DNA of 64,000 bases. It comes from an uncultured Gemmatimonadales bacterium (lineage in GTDB: Bacteria > Gemmatimonadota > Gemmatimonadetes > Gemmatimonadales > GWC2-71-9). A program made the translations under genes and the position numbers. The DNA lies in NCBI GenBank assembly GCA_963795085.1, contig CAWCFX010000003.1:96001-160000 (forward strand), given 5' to 3'. The notes beneath the pieces were generated by a model. That model was not told the origin of the DNA and ran no database searches. It saw only the letters and a list, made by a program, of their open reading frames with translations. Positions 41,306-50,529 of the stretch are shown piece after piece; position 1 is the first letter of the stretch; every line of letters begins with the position of its first letter.

Positions 41306-41547
41306 GGATCGTGATCGAAAGTGATAGAACAGAATAGCTTAGCACCCAGGGCCGCGCCAGTGTGGCGAGGCCGAGGTGGGATTGATCTAGCCGGCGCGGG
41401 AGGGGTCGATGAGCGAGGCTACGGAAAACGCCAGCGGCTGCCGGCTGAAAGCCGGGCACCCGAAAACCCGGCGCTCAACAAGGGACCGACTGATCCAGAC
41501 CGAAGGCCAGGAGCGCAGGGCTCGACTGACCTTCCCGGATCGGAGAC

Positions 41548-41748
41548 CTAGAACTCGGCGCCGCCGCCGACGGGGGTGCTGTCGGCCGTCTCGTCCGAGC
41601 CGCCTAGCAGGCTCTTCCAGCTGACCTCGTTACCCTTGCGATGTCCCTTCTGGGTGATCTTGAGGCCCTCGGGCGAGATCGCGATCATGTACGCCTGACC
41701 GTCTATTTCCAGCTCCCGCTTGATCGTCTTGTCCAGTTTCGTTGCCAT
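41548..41748 (-). CDS. Small hypothetical protein (66 aa)
   Basis: Protein-like composition (MATKLDKTIKRELEIDG..) and an RBS-like GAAAGG. Confidence 0.7.
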   Translation of the reverse strand: MATKLDKTIKRELEIDGQAYMIAISPEGLKITQKGHRKGNEVSWKSLLGGSDETADSTPVGGGAEF

Positions 41749-42051
41749 GGTTTAGCCTTTCCATCTTCGGAGGATCGTGGTCGGGTGGAGCGAAACCCCA
41801 ACAACTAAACCCTTTCCGAAGTCCACGGCAACCCACCCAATCGGCACTTAACCCCCGACCCCGGGCCCAAAAGGGCCCTCACCCAGGTCATTGCGAGGGC
41901 CAGCCTAACGCCGTTCCCACTCCGGAGCCCGATCGTTCCGCCCGAAGGCGCCGCGCTCCAGCACCCTCATGCCCGTTGCCAACCTACGTTAATGTTGATT
42001 CTCGGCATGTGAAGCCAAGTGCTTTAGGCACAAAGGCTTTGACTTTCAACA

Positions 42052-42591
42052 CTAGCCGTTTGCAGGCTGTGCTCCAATCGACCCAACCCCGGAGACCAAG
42101 GGGGCCACGTCGCCCCGGCGGCCGGGCTTGGTACGCTCGGCTCGCGAGGTCCGGAAAGCCGCAATACCCAACCAGAGGCAGGCAATGATACCAAAGACAT
42201 ACTTGGTCAGGGCGCGCACGGTCGACATGTAGAAGGGAAGCCGATCGTTTTCCGGCAGGTCGGCCCGGAGTTGGATGATGTCGAGCCCGTACAGGGCAGT
42301 GAGGCCCAGCAGCGCGATTACCACCAGCAGGTTGAGGATCGCAATGACCCGCAGGGTCAGGCGATCCTCGAGCTCGGCGGCCACGAAAGCCACGAGGATG
42401 ATGGCAAAAAGCGGGGTGAAGAAGAACCCGGAAAGCAGCCCCAGGGCGGACCAGCGCCAGCGAAGGTTGCCGGGATCCAGGGGTAGGATGCTGAGGGCGA
42501 AGTCCGCCAGAGGAATCAGAGCTAAGCCTATGGCAATAAAATAGATAGGCCAACGAAGCCGGGTCAGGATATCGTGCGTGGACAGGGCCAT
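42052..42591 (-). CDS. Hypothetical membrane protein (about 4 TM)
   Basis: Four hydrophobic segments. Confidence 0.7.
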   Translation of the reverse strand: MALSTHDILTRLRWPIYFIAIGLALIPLADFALSILPLDPGNLRWRWSALGLLSGFFFTPLFAIILVAFVAAELEDRLTLRVIAILNLLVVIALLGLTALYGLDIIQLRADLPENDRLPFYMSTVRALTKYVFGIIACLWLGIAAFRTSRAERTKPGRRGDVAPLVSGVGSIGAQPANG

Positions 42592-42661
42592 GGGCTGGTC
42601 GGGTAAGAGATCAGAATGGAAGAACCCAGAGCTTCCTAGGCAAAAGTGCTGCCGTAAATGC

Positions 42662-42698
42662 GAAGACGGCGGAGGGCCCGTGGCCCTCCGCCGTCTTC
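42662..42698 (-). terminator. 17-bp perfect hairpin downstream of the PEP-CTERM gene
   Basis: GAAGACGGCGGAGGGCC-cgt-GGCCCTCCGCCGTCTTC; weak U-tract. Confidence 0.6.
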
Positions 42699-42777
42699 CC
42701 CGTGGCGGTCGTCATCCCGGCCGGCGAATCAGGCGCCCATGGGGCCGCCCTCATGCCAGTCCGAGATGACAACCATG

Positions 42778-43434
42778 TCAGCCCATGCGCCGATACCCTA
42801 CCAGAAGCACGCCCGCCAGTCCAGTGCCCAGCAGGATGATGGTCGCCGGTTCCGGCGTCACCACAATGAACTCCTGGACCCCGCCGGTGCGGATTCCGTT
42901 GTTGCCGGCGGCTCCCATGTTCACGTCGCTGAGGATCTGGAACTGATCGTAGAACTTCGAATTGGTGTTGGTAAGATAGAAATTCTGCGCCGCGGCGAGC
43001 CAGGTGGAACTGGGCTGGTAGCTCGGCGAGCTGGGCGTCATCAGGTGCCAGATGGTCGCGTGGATATCCCCCCACTGGGTGGTCGGGGTGGCGGCGAACT
43101 GGGTGGTGAGCCAGGCGGCCTGTTGGTACCGGGCCAGGGCGTCGGTCATCCCGCCGAACCGGGTGGAGCTGAGATTGGTATTGCCGAACCCGAGATTGGT
43201 CTTGTTGACGTTCCAGGTCTGGCCGACCTTGCTGTGATTGAGATAGTCCACGCAGAAAATGTCCACGGTCGCCGCGCCGGGGCCGGACCCGATCTGGCCC
43301 CGGTACGGTCCCACCCGCACACCGAAGGCTGTCGTACTGCCGGCGTTGACCAGCTTGACCGGCGTCTGGGCCGAGAGAGGAGCGGCCGTGAGGAACAGGG
43401 CGGCCGCGAGAAGCAGACCTCGGATTGGCGTCAT
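42778..43434 (-). CDS. PEP-CTERM sorting domain protein
   Basis: Signal peptide; C-terminal VTPEPATIILLGTGLAGVLLVGYRR. Confidence 0.92.
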   Translation of the reverse strand: MTPIRGLLLAAALFLTAAPLSAQTPVKLVNAGSTTAFGVRVGPYRGQIGSGPGAATVDIFCVDYLNHSKVGQTWNVNKTNLGFGNTNLSSTRFGGMTDALARYQQAAWLTTQFAATPTTQWGDIHATIWHLMTPSSPSYQPSSTWLAAAQNFYLTNTNSKFYDQFQILSDVNMGAAGNNGIRTGGVQEFIVVTPEPATIILLGTGLAGVLLVGYRRMG

Positions 43435-43498
43435 ATAGTGGTGTCGGAGTGATAAGGTTGAGGACCCACCGGTCCGGGACCATCTGGGCCTCGGTTAG

Positions 43499-43514
43499 AG
43501 CAACCGCTGTACCA
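43499..43514 (-). promoter_or_regulatory. Sigma54 -24/-12 promoter
   Basis: TGGTACAGCGGTTGCT has the GG-N10-GC geometry, about 65 nt upstream of the PEP-CTERM ATG. Confidence 0.7.
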
Positions 43515-43658
43515 AATTCGACAATGTGCGGAAACGATGCACCTCACCTCCGGGCCGAGTGGCCCAACAGCAGGAAGGAGAACAAGTTGAGCATCTCGCT
43601 GCAGTTCCGTTCACTCCGGAATTGCCGGAGGCCTGCGCCGGCGCCGGCACCGCACGAG

Positions 43659-43679
43659 TGCTGTGGCATTCCCACAGCA
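43659..43679. promoter_or_regulatory. Palindrome, candidate enhancer (UAS) for a sigma54 activator
   Basis: TGCTGTGG-N5-CCACAGCA about 145 nt upstream of the -24 element. Confidence 0.5.
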
Positions 43680-43688
43680 GGCAAAGCA

Positions 43689-43712
43689 AAGCGGCCCCTC
43701 GCGGGGCCGCTT
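43689..43712 (-). terminator. Intrinsic terminator-like hairpin
   Basis: AAGCGGCCCC-gcga-GGGGCCGCTT-TGCTTT after the second PEP-CTERM gene. Confidence 0.6.
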
Positions 43713-43734
43713 GTCACGCTCACCAAGCATGCGG

Positions 43735-44214
43735 TCAGGCAATCGAAGCCCCTGCCCGCTTGTTCATCCGCCGGCGGATACCGCTGACACCGCCCATCCC
43801 CACGAGCCCGCTGGCCAGCAGCGCCATCGTCACGGGTTCGGGAGTCACTGTCGCCGGGTTGTCCACCTCCCGGCAATCCAGCCCGCCCGGCTTGCACTCG
43901 ACTTGCCTCCACGCCGCGATGATCTGCGGGGTGGTGAATGCTGCCCCGACGCTGCCGGAGGTATTCTGAAATCTGGAGCGACCCCGCACCAGCAGCGAGG
44001 GCTGTTCCATGCCCTGCAGACCTCGAAGGCTCACCGAGAGGATGCCATCGGCGGTCTGGGTAAAGTGCCCAAACCGAACCTGTACACTGGCACAGGTCAC
44101 CAGCGCGCCGCCCGTGCATCCGGGGTTTGTCCCTTCCGACCAGACTGACGCCTGGCTCTCGACGGCCGTGAAGGCAAGAGCCATCGCGCCGACCAACAGA
44201 GAACGAGTATGCAT
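43735..44214 (-). CDS. PEP-CTERM sorting domain protein
   Basis: Signal peptide; VTPEPVTMALLASGLVGMGG..RRR. Confidence 0.88.
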   Translation of the reverse strand: MHTRSLLVGAMALAFTAVESQASVWSEGTNPGCTGGALVTCASVQVRFGHFTQTADGILSVSLRGLQGMEQPSLLVRGRSRFQNTSGSVGAAFTTPQIIAAWRQVECKPGGLDCREVDNPATVTPEPVTMALLASGLVGMGGVSGIRRRMNKRAGASIA

Positions 44215-44385
44215 TACTCACCTCACAATCGGGAATGCCCGGGAGCTCCGCACCGGGTCGAAAGACAAGGCCCAACATTCCCGTTACGACCGGGCCTGAC
44301 CTGCAGCTATGAAGATGGCTCTTTTGTGGGGTTTGGCGGTGACGGGCGGCACGAGCGAAGCAGCGGTGGGATCACAGTCGGAGGG

Positions 44386-45108
44386 TCAGGGCTGGGGCCG
44401 CACCGGGCCTCCCACCCCGTGGATGGCCCGGTCGCCGGATGGGGGCGGGACATGACGAAGCAGGTCATACGTCCGTGCGGCGAGCAGCATCCCCGCGACG
44501 GGCGCCACCCAGTACAACCAGTGGCCGGTCCACTGCCCTGCGGCCAGTGCCGGCCCCAACGACCGAGCCGGGTTCATGCTGGCCCCGGTAAGAGGTCCCA
44601 GCAGGGCAGCGAAGCCGACCGTGAGACCGATCGCCACCGGGGCGAGCCCGGCCCGGACGCGCCCCTCGGTCGCGACTGCCATGATGACAAACATGAGCGC
44701 GAACGAAAGGAGAGTTTCGAGCAGCATTGAGCGCGGGATGCCGATTCGCGGCAGCGTCGCGCCCATGTGGCCGAGGGATCCCAGCATTGCCTTCAGCGTG
44801 AATGCTGCGAGCACCGCACCGACACACTGCGCGGCCACGTAGGCGGGGACATCCCGGCGGGGAAACCGGCCCACCGACCAGAACGCGATGGTCACGGCCG
44901 GATTGATATGGGCGCCGGAGATGTGCCCGACCGCAAAGACCATCGCGGTCACCACGAACGCGAAGGCGAGGGCAATCCCGGCCGGGCCCAGCGCGCCCGC
45001 GGTAAAGTCGTTCACCATGACCGCCCCGGGGCCCACCAGCACCAGGAAATAGGTGCCGATCCCTTCGGCCACGGCCCGGCGCACGCGCCCGCCGGATTCC
45101 GGAGTCAC
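44386..45108 (-). CDS. MIP family aquaporin/aquaglyceroporin (ars-linked)
   Basis: HISGAHINPAVT and GASMNPARS (two NPA motifs); GTG at 45108 overlaps the upstream stop. Confidence 0.92.
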   Translation of the reverse strand: MTPESGGRVRRAVAEGIGTYFLVLVGPGAVMVNDFTAGALGPAGIALAFAFVVTAMVFAVGHISGAHINPAVTIAFWSVGRFPRRDVPAYVAAQCVGAVLAAFTLKAMLGSLGHMGATLPRIGIPRSMLLETLLSFALMFVIMAVATEGRVRAGLAPVAIGLTVGFAALLGPLTGASMNPARSLGPALAAGQWTGHWLYWVAPVAGMLLAARTYDLLRHVPPPSGDRAIHGVGGPVRPQP

Positions 45109-45851
45109 TTCCGCCCGCCGGTCGCCAGGAACCCGGCGAACTCCCCGGGCAACCCGCTGTCCCGGATGCCCGCCGCCGCGCGGTCCAGGTCGTACGCCAC
45201 CCGCACCTGCTCGACGCTGGAGCTTTCGGGCCCGATGGTGAGCAATGCATAGCCGGCCCGCGGATCGCCGTCCTTGGGACGGCCTACGCTGCCGGTGTTG
45301 ACGAAACGGATACCATGGATCTCCCGCTGCCATGGCAGGTGGGTATGGCCGAAGGCGATGACGTCGCCTGGACCGGCACCCGCCCGGCCCGCCATCTTGA
45401 GGCAGAAGTCGTCCGGCCGGTCCTCGGTCCAGTACAGCGTGTTGAGCGTGGGGGTCCCATGCACCAGGATGAGAGTGGGCCGGGAGGTGTGCCCGCCGAC
45501 CGGCCGGAGGTCGAGCCGGAACGGCAGCCGGCCCAGAAAGGCCTTGCCCGCGGGCGATATATGCCGGCGCGTCCAGTCGTAACTCAGGTGACTGAGGGCT
45601 TCCTGATCTGAATCTTCATACCGGCAGCCGCAGTGCGGGTAGTCGGTGGCAACCGTCGAGTCGTAGTTTCCGGCCACGCCGCCAATGTGCCGCTCGCGGA
45701 TCAGGTGGATCACTTCGTCGGGCCAGGGCGCGTACCCGACCAGGTCGCCCAGATGGTAGGTGGCGTCAACTTCCCGCCGCTCGATGTCCTCCAGCACCGC
45801 CTCCAGCGCGGGGAGATTGGCGTGGATATCGGATATCAGGGCGTAGCGCAC
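45105..45851 (-). CDS. Calcineurin-like metallophosphoesterase (ars-linked)
   Basis: SDIHAN, LGDLVGY, GNYD, GHTH and NTGSVG; GTG at 45851. Confidence 0.9.
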   Translation of the reverse strand: MRYALISDIHANLPALEAVLEDIERREVDATYHLGDLVGYAPWPDEVIHLIRERHIGGVAGNYDSTVATDYPHCGCRYEDSDQEALSHLSYDWTRRHISPAGKAFLGRLPFRLDLRPVGGHTSRPTLILVHGTPTLNTLYWTEDRPDDFCLKMAGRAGAGPGDVIAFGHTHLPWQREIHGIRFVNTGSVGRPKDGDPRAGYALLTIGPESSSVEQVRVAYDLDRAAAGIRDSGLPGEFAGFLATGGRK

Positions 45852-45852
45852 G

Positions 45853-46308
45853 CTAGCGGGCGGCATCCAGGGGCCGCCGCATGACCGTCGCCGAGGCAGG
45901 ACACGCCTCCCGGAACTCCACTGACCCGCGCACGCCCGCCGGCACCTGGTCCCTCCCGCAGACGGCAAACCCCAAACGGGGGAAATAGCTGTCGGCCGTC
46001 GTCGTCAGCAGGAAAATTTCCCGGGCGCCGGCCTCCTGGGCGGCCGCCATGGCCCGGGCAACCAGCCGGGCACCCAACCCCGAGTTCCGCCATTCAGGCT
46101 CCACCCCAACCGAGCGCAGCAGCGCCCCGTCCCCGTAGAGCTCCACACCTGCAACCCCGACCACCCGCTCCTCGGCCTCCGCGATCCAGAAATGGTCCAC
46201 CCATTCGGCCACGCCGGCGGTCGGCAGTTCCTGCCCCTCGAGCAGCCGTTCGATTGCCGCCCGGTCCTTCGGCAGGGCCAGGCGGATCGCCTTGTCTTCG
46301 CAGATCAT
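45853..46308 (-). CDS. arsN2: Arsenic resistance N-acetyltransferase, ArsN2-type
   Basis: LLRSV, LLTTTA..YF..LGF and EFREACPASA; ars gene context; ATG at 46308. Confidence 0.8.
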   Translation of the reverse strand: MICEDKAIRLALPKDRAAIERLLEGQELPTAGVAEWVDHFWIAEAEERVVGVAGVELYGDGALLRSVGVEPEWRNSGLGARLVARAMAAAQEAGAREIFLLTTTADSYFPRLGFAVCGRDQVPAGVRGSVEFREACPASATVMRRPLDAAR

Positions 46309-46325
46309 ACATCCTCCATGGAGAG

Positions 46326-47249
46326 TCACTGACAACACTCCGCTCCGCAGCAGGGCGCGGCCGCCGCCGGTGCCGCCACCGTTGCCGCGGCGGGTTTCAA
46401 CGGCTTGGTGGCCCGGACGAAGGCGCCCATGACCCGGCCCGCAACATCGCGGGCCAGCCGCTCCAACTCCGGCCCTTCCGCACCAAGGAAAGCCCTGGCG
46501 TCCTCGAAGTCGTAGATCCGGGTTGGCTCAATGGCAGGGTTCTCAAAACCAGCCTCGACCAGCAGGCGCTTGAACTCGGCTTCTTCGAGGGCTCCCGCCA
46601 CGCACCCGACCCAGAGCTCCATGCTCCGGCGGACCGGATCGGGAATCTCGCCGCGCACCACCACGTCCGACACGGCGAACCGCCCGCCCGGCTTGAGCAC
46701 CCGGAACGCCTCGGCCAGGACCTGGCGCTTGTCTCCGGAGAGGTTGATGACGCAATTGGAGATGATCACGTCCACCGACGCATCCGGCAAGGGGATGCTT
46801 TCGATGTCTCCCCGGAGGAACTCCACGTTGGTTGCCCCCGCCCGGGCGGCATTGGCGCGCGCCAGGTCCAGCATCTCATCCGTCATGTCCAGGCCATAGG
46901 CCTTGCCGGCCGGACCCACACGCCTGGCACTCAGCAGGACGTCGATGCCTCCGCCGGAACCCAGATCAAGCACCGTCTCGCCGGGCGCCAGCTCCGCCAG
47001 GGCGGTCGGATTGCCGCAGCCCAGCGAGGCCAGCAGGGCTTCGCCCGGAAGCTGGCCGGCCTGGACCTCGTCGTACAGACCCGAGGTGATGGGGTCATGG
47101 CCGGTCCCGGCCGCGGCCCCGCAGCAGCTGCTGACCGGCCCGCAACTCCCGGCCTTCCCGTCCGATACACGACGCGCGGCCTTCGCATAGCGCTCCCTGA
47201 CCGTTTCCTTGAGCGCGGTCTCGTTGAGTCCTGCGGGTTGTTCCGGCAT
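46326..47249 (-). CDS. arsM: Arsenite S-adenosylmethionine methyltransferase
   Basis: SLGCGNP, LDLGSGGGID, ISNCVINL and WVGCVAGA; ATG at 47249. Confidence 0.95.
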   Translation of the reverse strand: MPEQPAGLNETALKETVRERYAKAARRVSDGKAGSCGPVSSCCGAAAGTGHDPITSGLYDEVQAGQLPGEALLASLGCGNPTALAELAPGETVLDLGSGGGIDVLLSARRVGPAGKAYGLDMTDEMLDLARANAARAGATNVEFLRGDIESIPLPDASVDVIISNCVINLSGDKRQVLAEAFRVLKPGGRFAVSDVVVRGEIPDPVRRSMELWVGCVAGALEEAEFKRLLVEAGFENPAIEPTRIYDFEDARAFLGAEGPELERLARDVAGRVMGAFVRATKPLKPAAATVAAPAAAAPCCGAECCQ

Positions 47250-47318
47250 GATGATGGTCCTCCCCGTGCACGTTGTGAATAATACACCAAGAAACGTTGA
47301 TATGTCAGTCAAAAAAAC

Positions 47319-47639
47319 TCAGCCGCAACAGGCCTTCTGGCTGGCGATGGCGGCCCGGGTCGGACGCAGGCCGGCCGCGGCGGTCGCCAGCTCGTCAAAG
47401 GCCTCGGGCCGGAGCCAGTAGTAGGCCCAGCGGCCTTCCCGGCGGGAATCCACCAGCCCCGCGTCGCGGAGCACCTTGAGGTGAAAGCTCAGCCGGGACT
47501 GGGCCGCATCCAGGAGATCGGTCAGTTCGCAGACGCACTGCTCTCCGGTGCGCAGCCGCTCGACAATGGCGAGACGGGTCTCGTCTGAGAGGGCATGGAA
47601 GAGACGGGCAGTCGAGGCGCGTTCGGTCGTGATGGTCAT
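47319..47639 (-). CDS. arsR: ArsR/SmtB repressor
   Basis: ALSDETRL, EQCVCEL, SFHLKVL and a C-terminal CCG. Confidence 0.93.
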   Translation of the reverse strand: MTITTERASTARLFHALSDETRLAIVERLRTGEQCVCELTDLLDAAQSRLSFHLKVLRDAGLVDSRREGRWAYYWLRPEAFDELATAAAGLRPTRAAIASQKACCG

Positions 47640-47645
47640 GAGACA

Positions 47646-47673
47646 ATTGTATCAACTTTTCTTGATATGTCAA
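47646..47673 (-). promoter_or_regulatory. arsR promoter with overlapping operator palindrome
   Basis: TTGACA-16 nt-TACAAT; the TATCAA-N6-TTGATA inverted repeat lies in the spacer and overlaps the -10. Confidence 0.8.
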
Positions 47674-47729
47674 CGGCCGCCGGAATTGCTGTAGGTGGGG
47701 ATGGGTTTGTGGGAACTCTCAGGGGGGCA

Positions 47730-47755
47730 TAAAAAAGCCCGAGGGTGCCTCGGGC
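47730..47755 (-). terminator. Rho-independent terminator after the tRNA
   Basis: GCCCGAGG-cac-CCTCGGGC-TTTTTT. Confidence 0.9.
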
Positions 47756-47756
47756 A

Positions 47757-47830
47757 TAGCAGGGGCGGGACTCGAACCCGCGACCCCGGCATTATGAGTG
47801 CCGTGCTCTAACCACCTGAGCTACCCTGCC
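47757..47830 (-). tRNA. tRNA with CAT anticodon, probably elongator tRNA-Met; CCA not encoded
   Basis: GGCAGGGTAGCTCAGGTGGTTAGAGCACGGCACTCATAATGCCGGGGTCGCGGGTTCGAGTCCCGCCCCTGCTA folds as a cloverleaf. Confidence 0.95.
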
Positions 47831-47852
47831 TTAGTGCGCTTTGCAGGGGGCA

Positions 47853-47881
47853 ATCCTACTCATTCGGCAGGCCGAACTCAA
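47853..47881 (-). promoter_or_regulatory. Putative tRNA promoter
   Basis: TTGAGT-17 nt-TAGGAT followed by a GC-rich discriminator. Confidence 0.55.
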
Positions 47882-47916
47882 GCCCAACTCCACCGCACGC
47901 CGCTCCCCACGACCCC

Positions 47917-49526
<1,610 letters not shown>

Positions 49527-49548
49527 TTAGTCCGCCGCGAAGGGTCCG

Positions 49549-50529
49549 TCAACGAACCGGACCCGCGGGCGGGCGGAAATGATCGTATCCATGGAGCGAA
49601 ACATCCCGGCCGTCCAGCAGGAAGCGAACACCCTCACCCGCCCCGACGCTCCCAATGCGGGTCAGCGGCACGCTGGCCACTTCCTGGAGTTCTCCGAGCA
49701 GTTGCGCGTCGATTCCCGGCGGCAGGGCGACCAGCAGCTCATAGTCCTCGCCGCCCCGGGCGGCGAACTGGCGAGGATCTTCGCTCAGCCGCGCGGCCTC
49801 CTCCTGGACGCCCGCGCCGATGGGAACCCGATCGAGATCTACCTGGATGGAGACCCCGGATGCCGCCGCCAGGTGCCAAACGTCGCCCGCCAGCCCGTCG
49901 CTCAGGTCGATCATCGCGCTGGCCCCATGCCGGGCCAGCCAGCTGCCGGCAACGACCCGCGGCTGGGGCCGCAGAAACGCGGCCAACGCCTGCGCGCCCG
50001 GAGACCGCTTCGCCTCAAGGCCGAGCAGCCCGGCCCGGGCTCCACCCAGCCAACCGGTCACCCACAACTCATCGCCGGGCATGGCTCCCGACCGGCGCAC
50101 CGGGGTGTCGGCCTGACCCAGTACGGCCAGGTCAATCGTCCACACGGGACCCGCGGCGAGATCTCCGCCCAGCACCTTGCCGCCCACGGAGTCTGCCGCT
50201 TCCGCGATCCCATCCATCACCAGGACGGTGTCCGCCTCGCTGGTCGAGGCGGGAAGGACCAGGGACGCGAGCACGCCGACGGGGCGGGCGCCCACCGCGG
50301 CCAGATCCGAGAGCGCGCCGGCCGCGGCCCGCCACCCGATCTCGTGAGGCGTCATGTAGCCGCGGCGGAAGTGAACGTTCTCGACAGAGATGTCGATGCT
50401 GATGGCGAGCGTTGTGTGGCCCAGCGGAACCAGGGCGCAGTCATCGCCGAGTCCCTCCGCTCGTTTCCCCAGCGAGGCCGCGATGGCCCGGATGCGGTCA
50501 AACTCGGCCCCGGGCGCCAGCCGCGGCAT
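49549..50529 (-). CDS. thiL: Thiamine-phosphate kinase
   Basis: GLGDDCA, LSDLAAVG, GGD, DLSDGL and GGEDYEL. Confidence 0.93.
   Translation of the reverse strand: MPRLAPGAEFDRIRAIAASLGKRAEGLGDDCALVPLGHTTLAISIDISVENVHFRRGYMTPHEIGWRAAAGALSDLAAVGARPVGVLASLVLPASTSEADTVLVMDGIAEAADSVGGKVLGGDLAAGPVWTIDLAVLGQADTPVRRSGAMPGDELWVTGWLGGARAGLLGLEAKRSPGAQALAAFLRPQPRVVAGSWLARHGASAMIDLSDGLAGDVWHLAAASGVSIQVDLDRVPIGAGVQEEAARLSEDPRQFAARGGEDYELLVALPPGIDAQLLGELQEVASVPLTRIGSVGAGEGVRFLLDGRDVSLHGYDHFRPPAGPVR

Noticed and set aside
41548..41748. Toxin-antitoxin component
   Set aside because: It has no partner gene and no recognisable TA motif
32520..47757. Integrative element or prophage at tRNA-Met
   Set aside because: No integrase, phage genes or direct repeat of the tRNA 3' end were seen
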